A DNA stretch of 52,679 nt from Octopus bimaculoides (Eukaryota), in contig NC_068981.1 in the NCBI RefSeq assembly GCF_001194135.2, positions 73,263,048-73,315,726 on the forward strand. Reading direction: 5' to 3'. Each line of letters starts with the position of its first letter. Position 1 is the first letter of the stretch. The translations under genes and the position numbers were made by a program. The notes beneath the pieces are model-generated. The model saw nothing but the letters and a program-made list of their open reading frames with translations. It searched no databases and was not told the DNA's origin. Positions 33,490-46,620 of this stretch are shown here, in pieces.

Positions 33490-35780
33490 CTTCATTATTA
33501 TTATTAGTTATTGTTATTCTGAAAAACTCTCGGATAGTTCTTAATTACCAGTTATTCTTTACTTGAAAGCAGGCAATAACGAATCACTAAAGGTTTCAAG
33601 TAGTGCTTCCTCCTGTGACTCAAAGAGACAATACGATCCTCAGAATGCGAGCTGTACCATACAATGCTGTCTTCTGGATCATCTCGAACCTGACAGCAGC
33701 TCTAATATTCTTAATATGTTTTTCAAAGTCCTTGCAAAACTGCTCCTAATGCTCCAATTACCACCGGTATTATCATTACTTTCCTTATGCCCCATAACTT
33801 TCCTTATGCCCCATAACTTTCCTTATGCCCCATAACTTTCCTGTCTCGTCCTGCAGTGGCTGGTATTTCTCAATCTTTTCTGTTTCCTTACATTTCACCC
33901 TCGAATCGCCTGGTATTGCAACATCTATTATCTTTACTTCTTTTCCATCGTTATGGATGAGCACGATATCTGGTCGTCTCGCCTCTATGACTTGGTCGCA
34001 CTGCATTTTAAAATCCCATAGTATTTTGTAATGTTCGTTTTCCATTAATCCCTCTGGCTTGTGTTCATACCATTGTTCGGCTCTCTCGAGGTTTGCTTTA
34101 CCGCACAACAGCCAGTGGACATATCTGGCCACATTGTCGCGTTTCCCTTTATATTGGCATTGTGCGAGCTTACAGCACTCACTAGCAATATTGCTTATAC
34201 TTCTTCTCAGAGCACATCCTACACTGTGGCGAGTCAGTGCTTTTATCAATGTGATATTTGGAGTAGTTTGTTCTGAGCTTGTTCTTGAGCGCTGCACACT
34301 AATGCCTCAGTGGGCCCTTTTAAGTTTCGTTTCTGCCAGGCACTATTCCAATCAATTTCATCTTTATTATTTAAGAACTGGCCGTGCATTTTCTTGTCCT
34401 GCCAAAGTTTCTTCATCTGTTCTCTCTGGTCTTTCTTAAATTGTGTTGGATCTACAGCTTCGTTCTCTTTAAAGGTCCCCTGCATTTTCACTGCTTCAAT
34501 CATTACTTCTTTAATCCCCTTGTCATACCAAGCCAGGTTATTCTCTTCTCTTACACAACCTTCACAACACACCAATCCCCGTCCTCCTTTCTTCTCTACA
34601 TACAACCTTGACACGTCACTCTTGGGATGTAGTTCTTTGTCCATTGTCATTAATTTACGCGTTCTCCTGTCTATCTCTTGTAACTCATGCTTCTTCCAAG
34701 ATACTATTCCTGCCCCATATCTCATCAAAGCAACCGCCCACGTGTTAATTGCTCTAATGTTATAGCAGCCATTTAACTTCGATTGAAGCACAAGCCGAGT
34801 TCTCCTTAAATACTCTTTCCTGTACATTTCTTTCATCTTTTGTTCATTCATCTTATCTCTTTCAATGATACTCAAGTACTTATATCCTTCCTCTCCGACT
34901 TCCTTTATAGTTTCACCACTTTCCAGCTTGATACCCTGGCTTTTACTGATTTTCCTCCCTTTGAGAATCATTATACCACATTTCTCTATCAAAAATTCCA
35001 TGCCAATATTTTTGCTAATCATCTGCACAGTTGCTGTCAAACTCTCAATTTCTTTCCCAGTCTTAGCAAATAGCTTCAGGTCATCCATACCACAGGTTGT
35101 TTACTTTCACCCTACCTAGTATGTACCCCCACACGCATCTTTCTTAAAACGCTTGTTAGTGGCAGTATACAGACAAGAAATAGGAGAGGCGACAGGCTGT
35201 ACACTTCAAAGATTCCTCTTTTGATATTTACCCCCCCTAGCTTATTTCCCCATGCTGTCAGTTCAGTTCGCAACGTTGTCATTGAGTTGTGTATTAACTT
35301 CAGGATATTGTGGAAGACCTTAAGCAGTTCAAGGCTTTCAAAAACCTACGAGTGTTGGATCATGCCATATGCTTTCCTGTACTCCACCCATGCCATCGCC
35401 AAATTTTTGTGCCTCTTCTTGCAATCAGCCAGGATAGTCTTATCGATTAGTAATTGATCCTTCGTTCTTCTGCCCTTTCGTCTACACCCTTTCGTCTACA
35501 CCCTTTTTGACCCACTGATAGTAGGTCGTTCTCATTTGGGTACTTATAGATGCGGTTCAATATAATGGCCGCCATCAGTTTCCACAACAGTGGCAAACAA
35601 GATCTTGGTCGGAAATTTCCAACCGCATTCCCTTTACTTGGGTCCTTCTGGCATATTACCGTTCTTCCTTTTGTTATCTAGGCCGGTACTTGGATGTCAC
35701 TACTCAGTATTTCGTCCATCTGTGTCGCAATTCTCCTGTGTAGAGCTGTCAGGTTTTTAAGCCAAAAGCCCTGAACCCCA
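33490..35780 (-). mobile_element. R4/Dong-like RLE non-LTR retrotransposon relic (RT through 3' end)
   Basis: [68 protein letters not shown] (ORF 34246..35088), ILWDF...ARRPDIVL...IIDVAIPGD...KETEKIEKY (ORF 33785..34297), IQKTALYGTARILR. Ends in short (TAA)n. Confidence 0.93.
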
Positions 35781-35789
35781 TATGAGCCG

Positions 35790-36075
35790 CGCGCGCGTGT
35801 GTGTGTGTGTGTATTTATATATACATATGTATATATACATATGTGTGAGTGTGTGTGTTTGTGTCTGTGATTGTCCTCCACCATCGCTTGACAACCGATG
35901 TTGGTATGTTTAAAACTCCGTAATCTAGCGGTTCGGTAAAAAGGGGGCGATAGAATAAGTACTAGGCTTACAAAGAATAAGTTCTGCGGTCGATTTCTTC
36001 GACTAAAAAGAAAACAACCCCTTTAAGGTGATGCTCCAGCATGGTCGCATTCAAATGACTGAAACAATTAAAAAA
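35790..36075 (+). mobile_element. SINE family B, 3' half
   Basis: Microsatellite, then CATCGCTTGACAACCGATG...GATAGAATAAGTACTAGGCTTACAAAGAATAAG...AAATGACTGAAACAA. Confidence 0.85.
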
Positions 36076-36624
36076 ATGAAAGAATATACATCTGAAGATG
36101 ATAATGATGATGATGATGATGATGATGATGAGGTTGATGATGATGATGATGATGATGAGGTTGATAATGATGATGATGGCGGCAGTTCTTCGTGTGTGAA
36201 GATCAAGAGGGAGAGCGCGAATCCTTAATCAATCTTGGTTATGGAAGCCGAGAATCTGAGTTAGGTAACAATACAATACATGTCTGTTAGATGCGTGTTC
36301 CTCTATTTATTCGATCATCTGTAGATCTGCCACCAATATTTCTGAGGTGAATTCCAAGGAAAAATGTCTCCACAATTATTAGTTAATATCAAAAGTGATG
36401 GTGATTGTTGGATCGGCAAAGATATGATTCATCCATCAATCCCTCACATTGTTGACCATATAACTGTTTGGCAATTAGTTTTCTTAGTCATATATGTTGT
36501 TAGTGTTTGAAATTTTTCGTTTTCTTTCGATAGAATCGAATTAATTACTTTTACCTTTTCGAGTTGGGTCTTAATCAGCTTTGCGTTTTGCCTTTCCGGT
36601 GAAATAAAACACCGGTGACATATT

Positions 36625-36857
36625 TATTTATTTATTTATTGCCCACAAGGGGCTAAACAGAAGGGGACAAACAAGGACAGACAGAGAGATTAATTCGATT
36701 ACATCGACCCCCAGTGCGTAATTGGTACTTAATTTATCGACCCCGAAAGGATGAAAGGCAAAGTCAACCTCGGTGGAATTTGAACTCAGAACGTAACGGC
36801 AGACGAAATACAGATAAGCATTTTGCCCAGTGTGCTAACGTTTCTGCCAGCTCGCCG
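36625..36857 (-). mobile_element. SINE family A, full length with TSD
   Basis: Minus-strand head GGCGAGCTGGCAGAAACGTTAGC and (AAAT)n tail. Direct repeat CCGGTGACATATT at 36612-36624 and 36855-36867. Confidence 0.93.
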
Positions 36858-37419
36858 GTGACATATTGAGTCCAATCTAATCCCAGTGTATCCTCTCACA
36901 AAATTCATAGATTTGCGCTAATTAATAAATCATCATTAAAAGTGCCAGAGAGGCGTTGGATGTGAAAACACGGTTGAGTGATTCTTTGAAGTATTTAGTT
37001 GCATACAATGACGTTTTGAGATGAGTCACGTCCAGGTCGACTTTAACTTCCATCGTTCCGGAGTTAATAAAATAAATACTCGCTATGTACAGGGGTTGAT
37101 CTATTCGGTGTACTCATCCTCTAAGATGTAAGGCTTTGTCTCCGTGCTATAAATCAAGCAGTGGATACTCGTGGAAAAACTCACGGATAATAAATTTTCA
37201 TTTTTATCGCTAAATTGCTTGCGGCAAATTGGATTTAAAGGGATTTAATTGAAAAAAAAATACATGTTTTATCATGGGTAATTAGCATCAAAACAGCTAA
37301 TTGCCTTTGATGTGCATATCAAGAGAACAGAAACACGCACACACGCTTGGAGAGAGAGAGAGGGGGAGGTGAGAGAGTGGGGAGAGAGAAAGAGAAACGC
37401 ACTACCAATTAAATAAGAT

Positions 37420-37850
37420 ATTGATTTCAAATTTTAGCTCAAGACCAACAATTTTGGGGGAGGCCATAAGTCAATTGCATCAACCACAGTGCTCAACTGG
37501 TTCTTTTATCAACCTTGAAAGGATGAAAGGTAGAGTCGACTTCGGCGGTATTTGAACTCAGAACGTACAGACCGACGACATGCCGCTAAGCATTTCATCC
37601 GGCTTACTAACGATTCAGCGAGCTCGCTGCCTTTTATATGATAGTGGTTTCAAATTTTGGCATAACGCTAGCAAGTTCGGAGGAGGAGTAAGTCGATTAC
37701 ATCGACCCCCTCTGCCCAACTGGTATTTATTTTATCCACCCCGAAATGACTAAAAGCAAAGTCGATCTGGGCAGAACTCGAGGACGGATGAAATGCCGCT
37801 AAGCATTTCGCCCGGCTTGCTATCGATTCTACCAGATCACCGCCTCGCTA
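37420..37850 (-). mobile_element. Two adjacent SINE family A copies
   Basis: Two blocks (about 37420-37635 and 37645-37850), each with CCGCTAAGCATTTC and the family A body. Confidence 0.85.
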
Positions 37851-37877
37851 TATAAGAAGATTATTAAAAATGATGAG

Positions 37878-38050
37878 TGAAGGCACTGGATTTAGTGGTA
37901 AAGCTGTTGCATTCATGATCATAAGATTGTAGTTTTGATTCCTGGACTGAGCGATGCGTTGTGATCTTGAGCAAGACACTTCATTTTATGTTTTTCACTT
38001 TGTTCAACTGGCAAAAGAGAGTAAGCCTGCGACGGACCGACGTCTCATCC
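37878..38050 (+). mobile_element. CORE-type SINE family C, degenerate
   Basis: GTGAAGGCACTGGATTTAGTGG...TTTGATTCC...TTGAGCAAGACACTT. Confidence 0.75.
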
Positions 38051-38139
38051 TGGGGATAGTGGGTAAGAATATTTACGTCACAGAATTCAGTAAACTGTCT
38101 TTATGAACCTATTGCTCGGGAGGGACCTCCGGTGGTTCT

Positions 38140-38345
38140 ACTAACTGGCAGAATCGTTAGCACTCCGGACAAAAAGCTTAGCGGCATTTTGCACGTCTTT
38201 ACGTTCTGAGTTTAAATTCCACCGAGGTCAACTTTGCCTTTCATCGTTTCGGGATCGATGAAATAAGTACCAATTGAGCACCGGGGTCGATGTATTCGGC
38301 CAGCCCCCGCCCCGCAAATTTCTGGCCTTATGCCTACGATAGAAA
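38140..38345 (+). mobile_element. SINE family A
   Basis: CTGGCAGAATCGTTAGCACTCCGG...ACGTTCTGAGTTTAAATTCCACCGAGGTC. Confidence 0.87.
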
Positions 38346-38579
38346 AGTTATGAAAACTAAAGACGGCCATATTAGTACACTTACATCTCCTGCATTGCTT
38401 TGGAAGAATATTCAAGAAGTTTGCTTCGCTGTCATGAAGTTTCAGGTTCGACCCTACTACGAGCTTCTTGGATATATGTCATATAATACGATAGCCGCGA
38501 GTCAATCCAAATCTTCGATCAGCTGAAACAGCTGATTGAATAACTAGAGTACTCGTTGTAAAAACCGACAAAGGATCTA

Positions 38580-38581
38580 TT

Positions 38582-38650
<69 letters not shown>

Positions 38651-38926
38651 CACCACACCTGCAACAGCCACCTCCGAGGCTGCCGCCACCTCCAACATAG
38701 TCGTTCACATTTTCCTTTACTTATTTTGCTTATGATAATGTATATCGACCTGTTTGTCACATCTTGCAATTGCTGGTATTTTCGTTATTATATTTGAATT
38801 AGGACAAGAGTTAGGTCGCTACTACTAAAAATATAACTGAAAAGAAAAAAACGAAACAAAAACAGAAGCAAATGTAATTCATTTAAAACCTGTCAACCCA
38901 ACCAGTGAATATTCGTGTTTAAATGA

Positions 38927-38987
<61 letters not shown>

Positions 38988-39006
38988 GTTGCTGCTGCTG
39001 CTGCTG

Positions 39007-39057
<51 letters not shown>

Positions 39058-39058
39058 A
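38580..39058. repeat. (ACT)n, (CCA)n and (GCT)n microsatellites at 38580-38655 and 38927-39058
   Basis: Direct. Confidence 0.95.
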
Positions 39059-39199
39059 CATAATTATAAGTCGTCAGGTATTCATTGTCTTCTGGCAGTC
39101 GGGCAATGTGGTCGGTGGAAGTTCCACTTTGGCGTTTTATAGAGGTTTAGGGGAAGGCAATAGCAACATCATTCTTGGAGAAACTCTGTTGAGCCTTTT

Positions 39200-40960
39200 C
39201 CACTCTGGTCACTCTTCAAATACAACCGGTTGATATCAGCTTTCCGATGGTTGGCTCCATTATATAGTCAACAGGTTTCTAGCTTTTCTGTCAAGTTTCT
39301 GTATGTCGCTTTTTATCCAGTCTACAATTCCAACCCCATATCTGATTACCGGTACTGCTCTGGCATTTATTATTGGGGTTGAAGAATAATTCATGAGCGT
39401 TTTTCAAATGTATTTTAAACAAAAACAAAACAACAAATTAAAAATTAATAATATACTCTCCGTTGTTGTTTACGACTTCCTCCCATCGTTCAATAAGTTT
39501 TTCGATGCCTCAGCGATAGAAAGTTCCCGATCTTGACTCAAAGAATTCGTCGAACCACGCCCTTAATTCCATGTTATTATTGAACAATACACCGCGCAAA
39601 GCGCTCGAAAGTGGTTGAAAGAAAGGAAAATCTGACGGTGCCAAGTCTGGAGAGTATGGAGGGTGAGGCAGTACTTCTCATTTAAGTTCTTGAATCGCGG
39701 CTTTGGTGATATTGGGTATGTGAGGACGGGCTTTGTGTTGCACTCAAGTGCCGCGTTCCTGAACCTTGCCTATTGAGTAAAAGTGGTTCAGCACAATTTT
39801 TTGATCCCAATCCATCTGCTATGCCAATTCTCTAGTGATTTTCGTGAAGAAGTTGATTCAATCACTCGTCATCGATCTCAGTTAGTCGACCGGTATGTGA
39901 TCCATCCTTGAGGTCAAAGTTCCATTTTTGAAGCGCGAAAACCAACGGCAAGTGGTACTTTGAGGCAATGTTCCGTCTCCATACACAGCACAAATCTCAC
40001 GCGCATCTTCGGCGCCTTTAACACCTCGATTAAATGCAGAAAGCAAATGGTGTCGAAAATGCTCAGTTTTGTCCACTTGACATTCTATTTTAATGTTCTG
40101 AAAATGCACAAAAATCAATAAAATAAAAAAAATCAAATCACACTACTTTGAAGAGCAAAAAATTCTCATTTAAATAACATAACACATTTTGTCAGTGCGT
40201 TTTATTTCTGCATGCATTTTTAAATTTGAAATTTGAAAAGAAAAATGCTCATGAATTATTCCTCAAACCAGTACTTCAATAATATTTTTTGAATTCGACT
40301 TTGTAATGCTTTTCTCACTCTCTTTGTATTCTCCCTACTGGCAATTTGTTTTTTTCCGTGTTTTATTTCATCTGCTTCCAGCATTCCCAAATACTTATAC
40401 CGCTGTTCTTTCTCAACTGCTTTTATTGTTTGCCCATTTGGCATTTCAATTCCATGGCTTCCTTCAAATCTACCTCATTTCATTATCAGTATAGCGCACT
40501 TTTCAATTCCAGATTCCATACCTACATCATTTGAGAAAATGCGAACAGTATGTAAAATATTTACAAAGTGCTTCTCATTTTCGCATAAAGCTTTATATCA
40601 TCCATAAAAATGAGATGATTTATCTTATCATATCCTTTTCCCAAATAATAAGCTATCTTAACTTCGCGTAATATCAAACTCAACGGTATCATGGCCAATA
40701 CAAATAGTAATAGAGATAAGCTATCACCTTGAAATATAACACAGCTGATGTTCCCTTTGTAAAACTTTAGCTTCCCTCCAATCCAGTATTCCAATGTTTC
40801 ATACTTTCATTAACCATTTTCTCCATAATTTCTACCACTCCAAATATGCTCTTCGTTTTACTTATCCAACTGTGCAGTACCATGTCATATGCTTTTCTGT
40901 AATCGAACCATGTTACATTCATTCCCGTCAGTTTGCGTCTGCACTTCCTTCAGTTGCTCC
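39200..40960 (-). mobile_element. Second R4/Dong-like RT relic, split by a mariner insertion
   Basis: DYRKAYDMVLHSWI (about 40900), IFQGDSLSLLLF...IFMDDIKLYAK (ORF 40561), YKYLGMLE (ORF 40256); resumes below 39371 as INARAVPVIRYGVGIVDW. Confidence 0.88.
39371..40273 (-). mobile_element. Internally deleted mariner with TIRs and TA TSD
   Basis: TIRs TTGGGGTTGAAGAATAATTCATGAGCGTTTTTC and reverse-complemented CTGGTTTGAGGAATAATTCATGAGCATTTTTC match at about 28/33. HTH EHFRHHLL...EICAVYGD...RWFSRFKNG, then ARPH...HPPYSPDLAPSDF and ERWEEVVNNNGEY. First catalytic Asp region absent. Confidence 0.92.
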
Positions 40961-41569
40961 TTTCTGGGTGATCTTCTTGATGATTGGCGTAGGGGACCGA
41001 GAAGGTATCTTTGTCTGCTCGCAGCTATATAGGCATCTAAAATAATTAGCGAAAGCATGGTACCTTCTACCACGTCATATTCGCTTGCATCTAACAATTG
41101 GGTGTACCTCGACAGTTCTATTACCGCCATCTCCGGCACCCTCCTTCCCCGCTACTACTACTACTACTACTACTACTAATTCTACTAGCACGGCACTGTA
41201 TGATGTGTTGATGTAGTGCAATTCAGTGCTATTGGTGTAGTTTAATGTATTACGTTCGTGTAAGTTAAAGTTATAATAGTATGTTGTGAATTTCATTGAA
41301 TTGTTCCAATGTCTCAGTTAAGCACATTCAATACGGGTTGTTTTCCTTCCGCTCCATATAATGACATAAAGCCACTCCTTAGTTTATGCTTCAGAGCCGC
41401 AAAATATTTCAATACAGATAACACATAAATTTTCCGAAACTTTTGATTCAGAAAAAATTTCTGGATTACTGATTTTTCCAAACCAGAAGTGGTCATCTTG
41501 GTCAGCACACATTAAATTATGCAAATATTAAAGTAAAAAAAAAACTTATTCCTTCATGAATGACCATGG

Positions 41570-41825
41570 GATTGTACCTGGAAAGTTCTCCATTGGGTAA
41601 GGTTGTTTATGGAAGACCAGCAGTCGTCTATGCATACCAGTCTTCCCTCTTCATGCCACCGATATTATCCAATGGAAAGGAAATGGCCGATATAGCTTGG
41701 CAACAGTGACGTCGCAGCTTATTTCTACAGCTGAGTGAACTGGAGCTCAAGAACACAACACACGACCCAGTTCGAGAACCGAATTCACAACCTCATGCTC
41801 TAGCTACTGTGCCATGCGCCTTCAC
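41570..41825 (-). mobile_element. CORE-type SINE with a different tail from 22011-22310
   Basis: Minus strand: GTGAAGGCGCATGGC head and TCCAGTTCACTCAGCTG core block. Confidence 0.7.
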
Positions 41826-42723
41826 TAAGCAAATATTAAATTTACTTAAATAGTTAAATGAGATACAGATACTTGTGCATTCGCATAAGTAATACAAGTT
41901 TATTAAAACTGTACCGTGCAGAGTACTAGTCTGTAGAAGGTACCAATAAACTAGTCTGGCGGCCGCGGGTATCTGAAGTTCCTGTTCGTAAATTAGTGCA
42001 GATTATTAGAGATTCCGGACAATTAGTGTTAGGAATCTCTGTACCGGTGTTTCATTATTGTAATATGATCTGTTTTGGGTGATTTCATTCGTTAGAGTTT
42101 TGGTACTTACATTTGACATCGAACAAGGTCAGGAACATTTCTGTTGCTGCTGTTGATGTTTAACCCTAGGTCAATCCCAATCGTGTAGAATCAAGATCAA
42201 AGGCATCCCTGTAATGATCATCTCGTCTTTTTCTAGGCCTATTTAGGACTACATTATCTAATGTGCTCTTCCTTTTCTTAAAACAGCACTTTGTGGCCAG
42301 AGAGATTTTGCTGCTATTTCTATCAACCTGAACAACCAAATAAAAGCTCTATCATTGGTTTAAAGGTAGCAATGTGTTTTTTGTTGTTTCTTTCTTTGTA
42401 ACTGCCATCGCTCTAAAAGGGTTAAATAGCTTTTTTCTTCTTTCAAACAAATATCACCTTCACAAAAGTGTGAAACGGATTTGGAAACGTTTTTAATGGA
42501 TTTAAACATTTCAGCTTATTTGAAAACAACAAATGCCAGTGTCATTTTTCGAGGTGACATTCCCGTTTATACGATGCGATACAGAAGTCATGTCACGTTG
42601 TAATTCAATAGCAGCGCTTCTAAGTTGCAGATGTTATCAAACGATGTCGTCAAACTAGGTGGTTCAGATGCTTTTGCAAAATGGTCAAAAATACATGGAT
42701 CCTTTTAAATTCTATTTTGCTTT

Positions 42724-42966
42724 TTACTCTTTTACTAGCTTCAGTAAATTGGACTGCGGCCATGCTGGAATACCACTTTGAAAAGCTTAGTCGAATAAAT
42801 TTACCTAAGTACTTATTTTTGAGTCTAGTACTAAGTCTATCGTTAACTTTTTCCAAACTGCTTAGTTACGAAGACTTAAACAAACCAACACCAGTAATTA
42901 AGCGGTGTGTGTGAGTGTGGGCAAACGCAAATGCAAACCCCCTTACCTTATATGTTATAAGATATA

Positions 42967-43013
<47 letters not shown>

Positions 43014-43175
43014 ACGAGCTTATTTTAGTTTCCGCCTACGAAATTCACTCACAAGACATACATTGGTCGACCCAGGCCTGTAATAAAAGAAACTTTCTCA
43101 AGATACCGCACAATGGGACTAAATATTAAACTACGTGATCAAAAAGCGAACTTCTAAACCATACATCCATGCCTA
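42724..43175 (-). mobile_element. SINE family B, full length, degenerate
   Basis: GACTGCGGCCATGCTGG tail, internal (CA)n, TTTCCGCCTACGAAATTCACTCACAAG body. Confidence 0.82.
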
Positions 43176-45297
43176 CTCCAATATGTTAAACTTTAGTCAG
43201 CGATACTCCACAGAGTATCGGCTCTTTGGAATCTTTTCACTGCTTATGACTTGCCTGCAGATGTTAACGTGAAGCAGTTTTAACGGAACATTGACAGCGT
43301 CAAGCTCAATGGCCTCGGAGGGGTTGCATCAAATATGGATAATTCCCTAACTCCTATACTTAACAAGTAAAACAAGTATGTTCGAATAGGTCCCGATGAA
43401 ATGATAAAAGCTTTAAGGAAATAAGTATCTAATTTGATTCCTTACATAAGAAAGTGAAATTCATCAAGATTTTACAATTATTATGACTAAAAAGAAAAAT
43501 ATCTAAGCCGCTACATTGTAAACATTTAAATTTATATCCAACAGTGATCATCTTTGTTATTCCAAAAGAACAGATTAAGCCTTTGCATGCTCTCCTTCCA
43601 GCTGACATTCTAAGTATTCCGAAACAGAAAAAGGAGGATAACAAAAGAGTAACAATTCAATGAAAACTACTTATAAAATGTCTAGAAGTCTTCCTACAGT
43701 TGAGTATAATTATTATGGATACCAAAACTGTAGCAAGGTAGCATAAAGAGGGGATGACTGCACTGGATAGTAATGCTTGTAAGTCAGGAATGGAATTTTC
43801 TCTGAAAAAGTTTTGTATTTCAGAGACAGGGTCCTTCATTTTTAGCTATTTACTGAATGAAGTTCTGAAAAATATTCCCAATATTTTTACAGTAAAATAT
43901 GCAATGCTTTATTAACTGTTACACATTTTTCCGTTATCACGTTGCTTTTCATGGTGATTTTTAGTTATATAGTCAGATAATAAGATGATAACTTTCACCT
44001 ACTTATTTTTCTTTTTTCTTTTTGACATTAGAGGAGATAAACGCTGCTAACTTGTGATGTACTTACATAACATGAACATTTTCGACAGTAAACAATTACA
44101 TAGACACAACTACGAGACGTGTTTGAGAGCTAGTAGCGCTTTGTACTGTAATGCGATTGCTATAGTAGCCCTGACAACGCATATATATGGTTACAGACAT
44201 TCCAACCGTGGCTGTTTTAGATATGTACATGGCTACATTTCTGAACGTTTCCATTCCTTTCCTGGACAATAAATTTAATTTAAAGAAGATTTGATTACTA
44301 CTTCTTGCACGTCGAGCAAGCAATTGGTTTATCTCAAATAAACCCTGAACAAAAAGACATACAATCAAAAGCCATTCTGTTCCATGACCATTCCATCTTT
44401 TTTTACAATGTACAGTGAACCCAAAAGATGTGTTATGCGGGAGATTAGTTGTCATTTTAAGCAGGTCGATCGACCTCGTACACGCTTCAATATTCAGTCA
44501 GTGTAATGTTTATATTGATATCTATTGATTAAGGATGATTAATAGAGAATTATGATCAATACAGCAGATACCAACATATCACTCATACTTATTTTATCAA
44601 TATCTGATGAACAGAAACCAAAGTCAAACCCAATGATTTTCAATACAATAAAACAATGAATCCGCTGTTCAGTGGTTTCTTTTGAAAACATATAGGGTTC
44701 TTCTAATAACCACAATCAACATTTCCTTTACATCGACACAATAAACCCAATTTATAAAGGAGATGTATAGTCAATCGTATCTTCTTACAATATATTACTG
44801 GTACGCATTTGATCAACTCAAGACGAAAGAAAATCAAAGACGATCCGTGAATGGAGGAGGATTTTAACATAGAATGTAAACGGAGATAAATATAGATCCG
44901 TTAAGTTTGGTACTTCATTGATTCTGCAATCTCTAGTCCTTGGAACAGCTACAATATTTACGTTTCAAAGGCGAGGTAGTAAATACGTGGATTTGATGTA
45001 CTTTGAGGTATAAACTCACTGTTTAATGTTGAGTTCTTGCTTAAGACGATTTTATTTCTTATCTTGTCGAAAACGAGAATTAAGCACAAATAAAATGACA
45101 GCGAACCGACCAATTAAATATTTACACAACTGACAACCGAGCTAACGGGAAAACAACCGAACGGCGACGAGAATTGCTCAAAATAACAAACAAAATTTCC
45201 TTGAATCACACCATACCCTTACGAAAAGAAAGAAGAATTGGATAAAGTGTTTTAGATACTCATAAAATGACAAAATGATCCAAGCTGAAATAACTGA

Positions 45298-45373
<76 letters not shown>

Positions 45374-45384
45374 ACACACACACA

Positions 45385-45550
45385 TACAACGGTCTCTTCT
45401 TTCAGTTTCCGTCTACTAAATCTACCCACAAGGCTCTGGTCGACCTGAGGCTATAGTAGAAGACACTTGCTCAAGGCACCACGCTGTGGGACTGAACCCG
45501 GAACCATGTGGTTGGGAAGCAAGCTTTATACTACATAACCACACCTGCGC
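45385..45550 (-). mobile_element. SINE family B head half
   Basis: GAAGACACTTGCTCAAGG...GAACCCGGAACCATGTGGTTGGGAAGCAAGC; shares private variants with 46620-46790. Confidence 0.88.
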
Positions 45551-45894
45551 CTATATTATCTTTACAAAAAAACAACAAAAAAAAAACAAACTCTCAGGTA
45601 AATGATTTGATCGGGACTGACCTACGGGAAACGACGACGAGGACGGCAGCGACGGCAGCGACGACAGCAGTCAACCGAAATCAATGTTTAACGAGACATT
45701 TTCTACCTCAAGTCCGTAATTCATATTCCATGTTCCCACGATGGCTTTTAAATTATTCCATTTGTAGATGTGCTCTTACGCAAAATATAGATTTAAATTT
45801 AAAAATCATCAAACTAATTTGTTGCCATTCTTAAAGCTATCAACAGTGCGTCACTACTATTCCCAACATGCAATTTGTAAATATCATACCCACA

Positions 45895-46070
45895 GAGCAT
45901 GCGGCCTAGTGGTTAGAAAACTGGGATCCCGATCACAACGTTTCCTGTTCAATTCTCGGTCCGGTATATTTGTTGTGTTCTTAGGTAAACTGCTTTATTT
46001 CACATCGCTCAAGTTCATTCAGCTGGCGAAAATGAGTATCAAGGCTCACGGAGCGTCTGCTCAGTGTCAA
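45895..46070 (+). mobile_element. CORE-type SINE family C, degenerate
   Basis: GCGGCCTAGTGGTTAG...TGTTCAATTC...CTTTATTTCACATCGCTCAAGTTCATTCAGCTGGC. Confidence 0.7.
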
Positions 46071-46324
46071 ATGGGTGCTGCAGAGTTAATCTGATACCTA
46101 CTACAATTGCAACCAATTCATTTTCACTACTACTACTACTGCTGCTGATCTTGTTGCTGCTGCTGTCAGAAACACAGTGAATCTGTCATTGGATCGTTGA
46201 AAACATGCGACCGATAACCTTATTGCTCATCCAACGCAACATAAAATGAATAAATTAACAAAGAAGCCTTCATTGACTGTTGTATGATAAACTCAATAAA
46301 AGTTAATTACTCACATTAGATATA

Positions 46325-46562
46325 CCATATCATTATCTTTTACCTTTTTCAGTCATTAGACTGTGACCATGCTGGGGCACCACCTTGAAAATTTTTTGTT
46401 TTTTTTTAGTTGACTGAATCGACCCAGGTACTTATCTTTTGTTAAGCCTGGTACTTATCCTATCGATTTCTTTGGCTGAACCGCAAAGTAACATGAACGT
46501 AAACATACCAATACCGGTTGCCACGCGGTGGTGGGGTTCAGACACAGACACAAAGACGCACG

Positions 46563-46620
<58 letters not shown>

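Noticed and set aside
36028-36228. Asp-rich ORF
   Set aside because: Starts in a SINE tail and runs through (GAT)n.
42160-42425. TTAACCCT at about 42160 and AGGGTTAA at about 42418 as piggyBac termini
   Set aside because: Similarity does not extend beyond about 8 bp, and the interior resembles a decayed SINE tail.
43429-43839. Two in-frame minus-strand ORFs with hydrophobic stretches; the plus strand faintly recalls a Helitron PIF1 motif (IIIMD...HKEGMTALD)
   Set aside because: In-frame stop and no family I can name with confidence. Needs blastx/HMMER.
44096-44455. 119 aa minus-strand ORF in non-repetitive sequence
   Set aside because: No recognisable motif or splice support. It could be an exon or a relic, but I cannot support a call.
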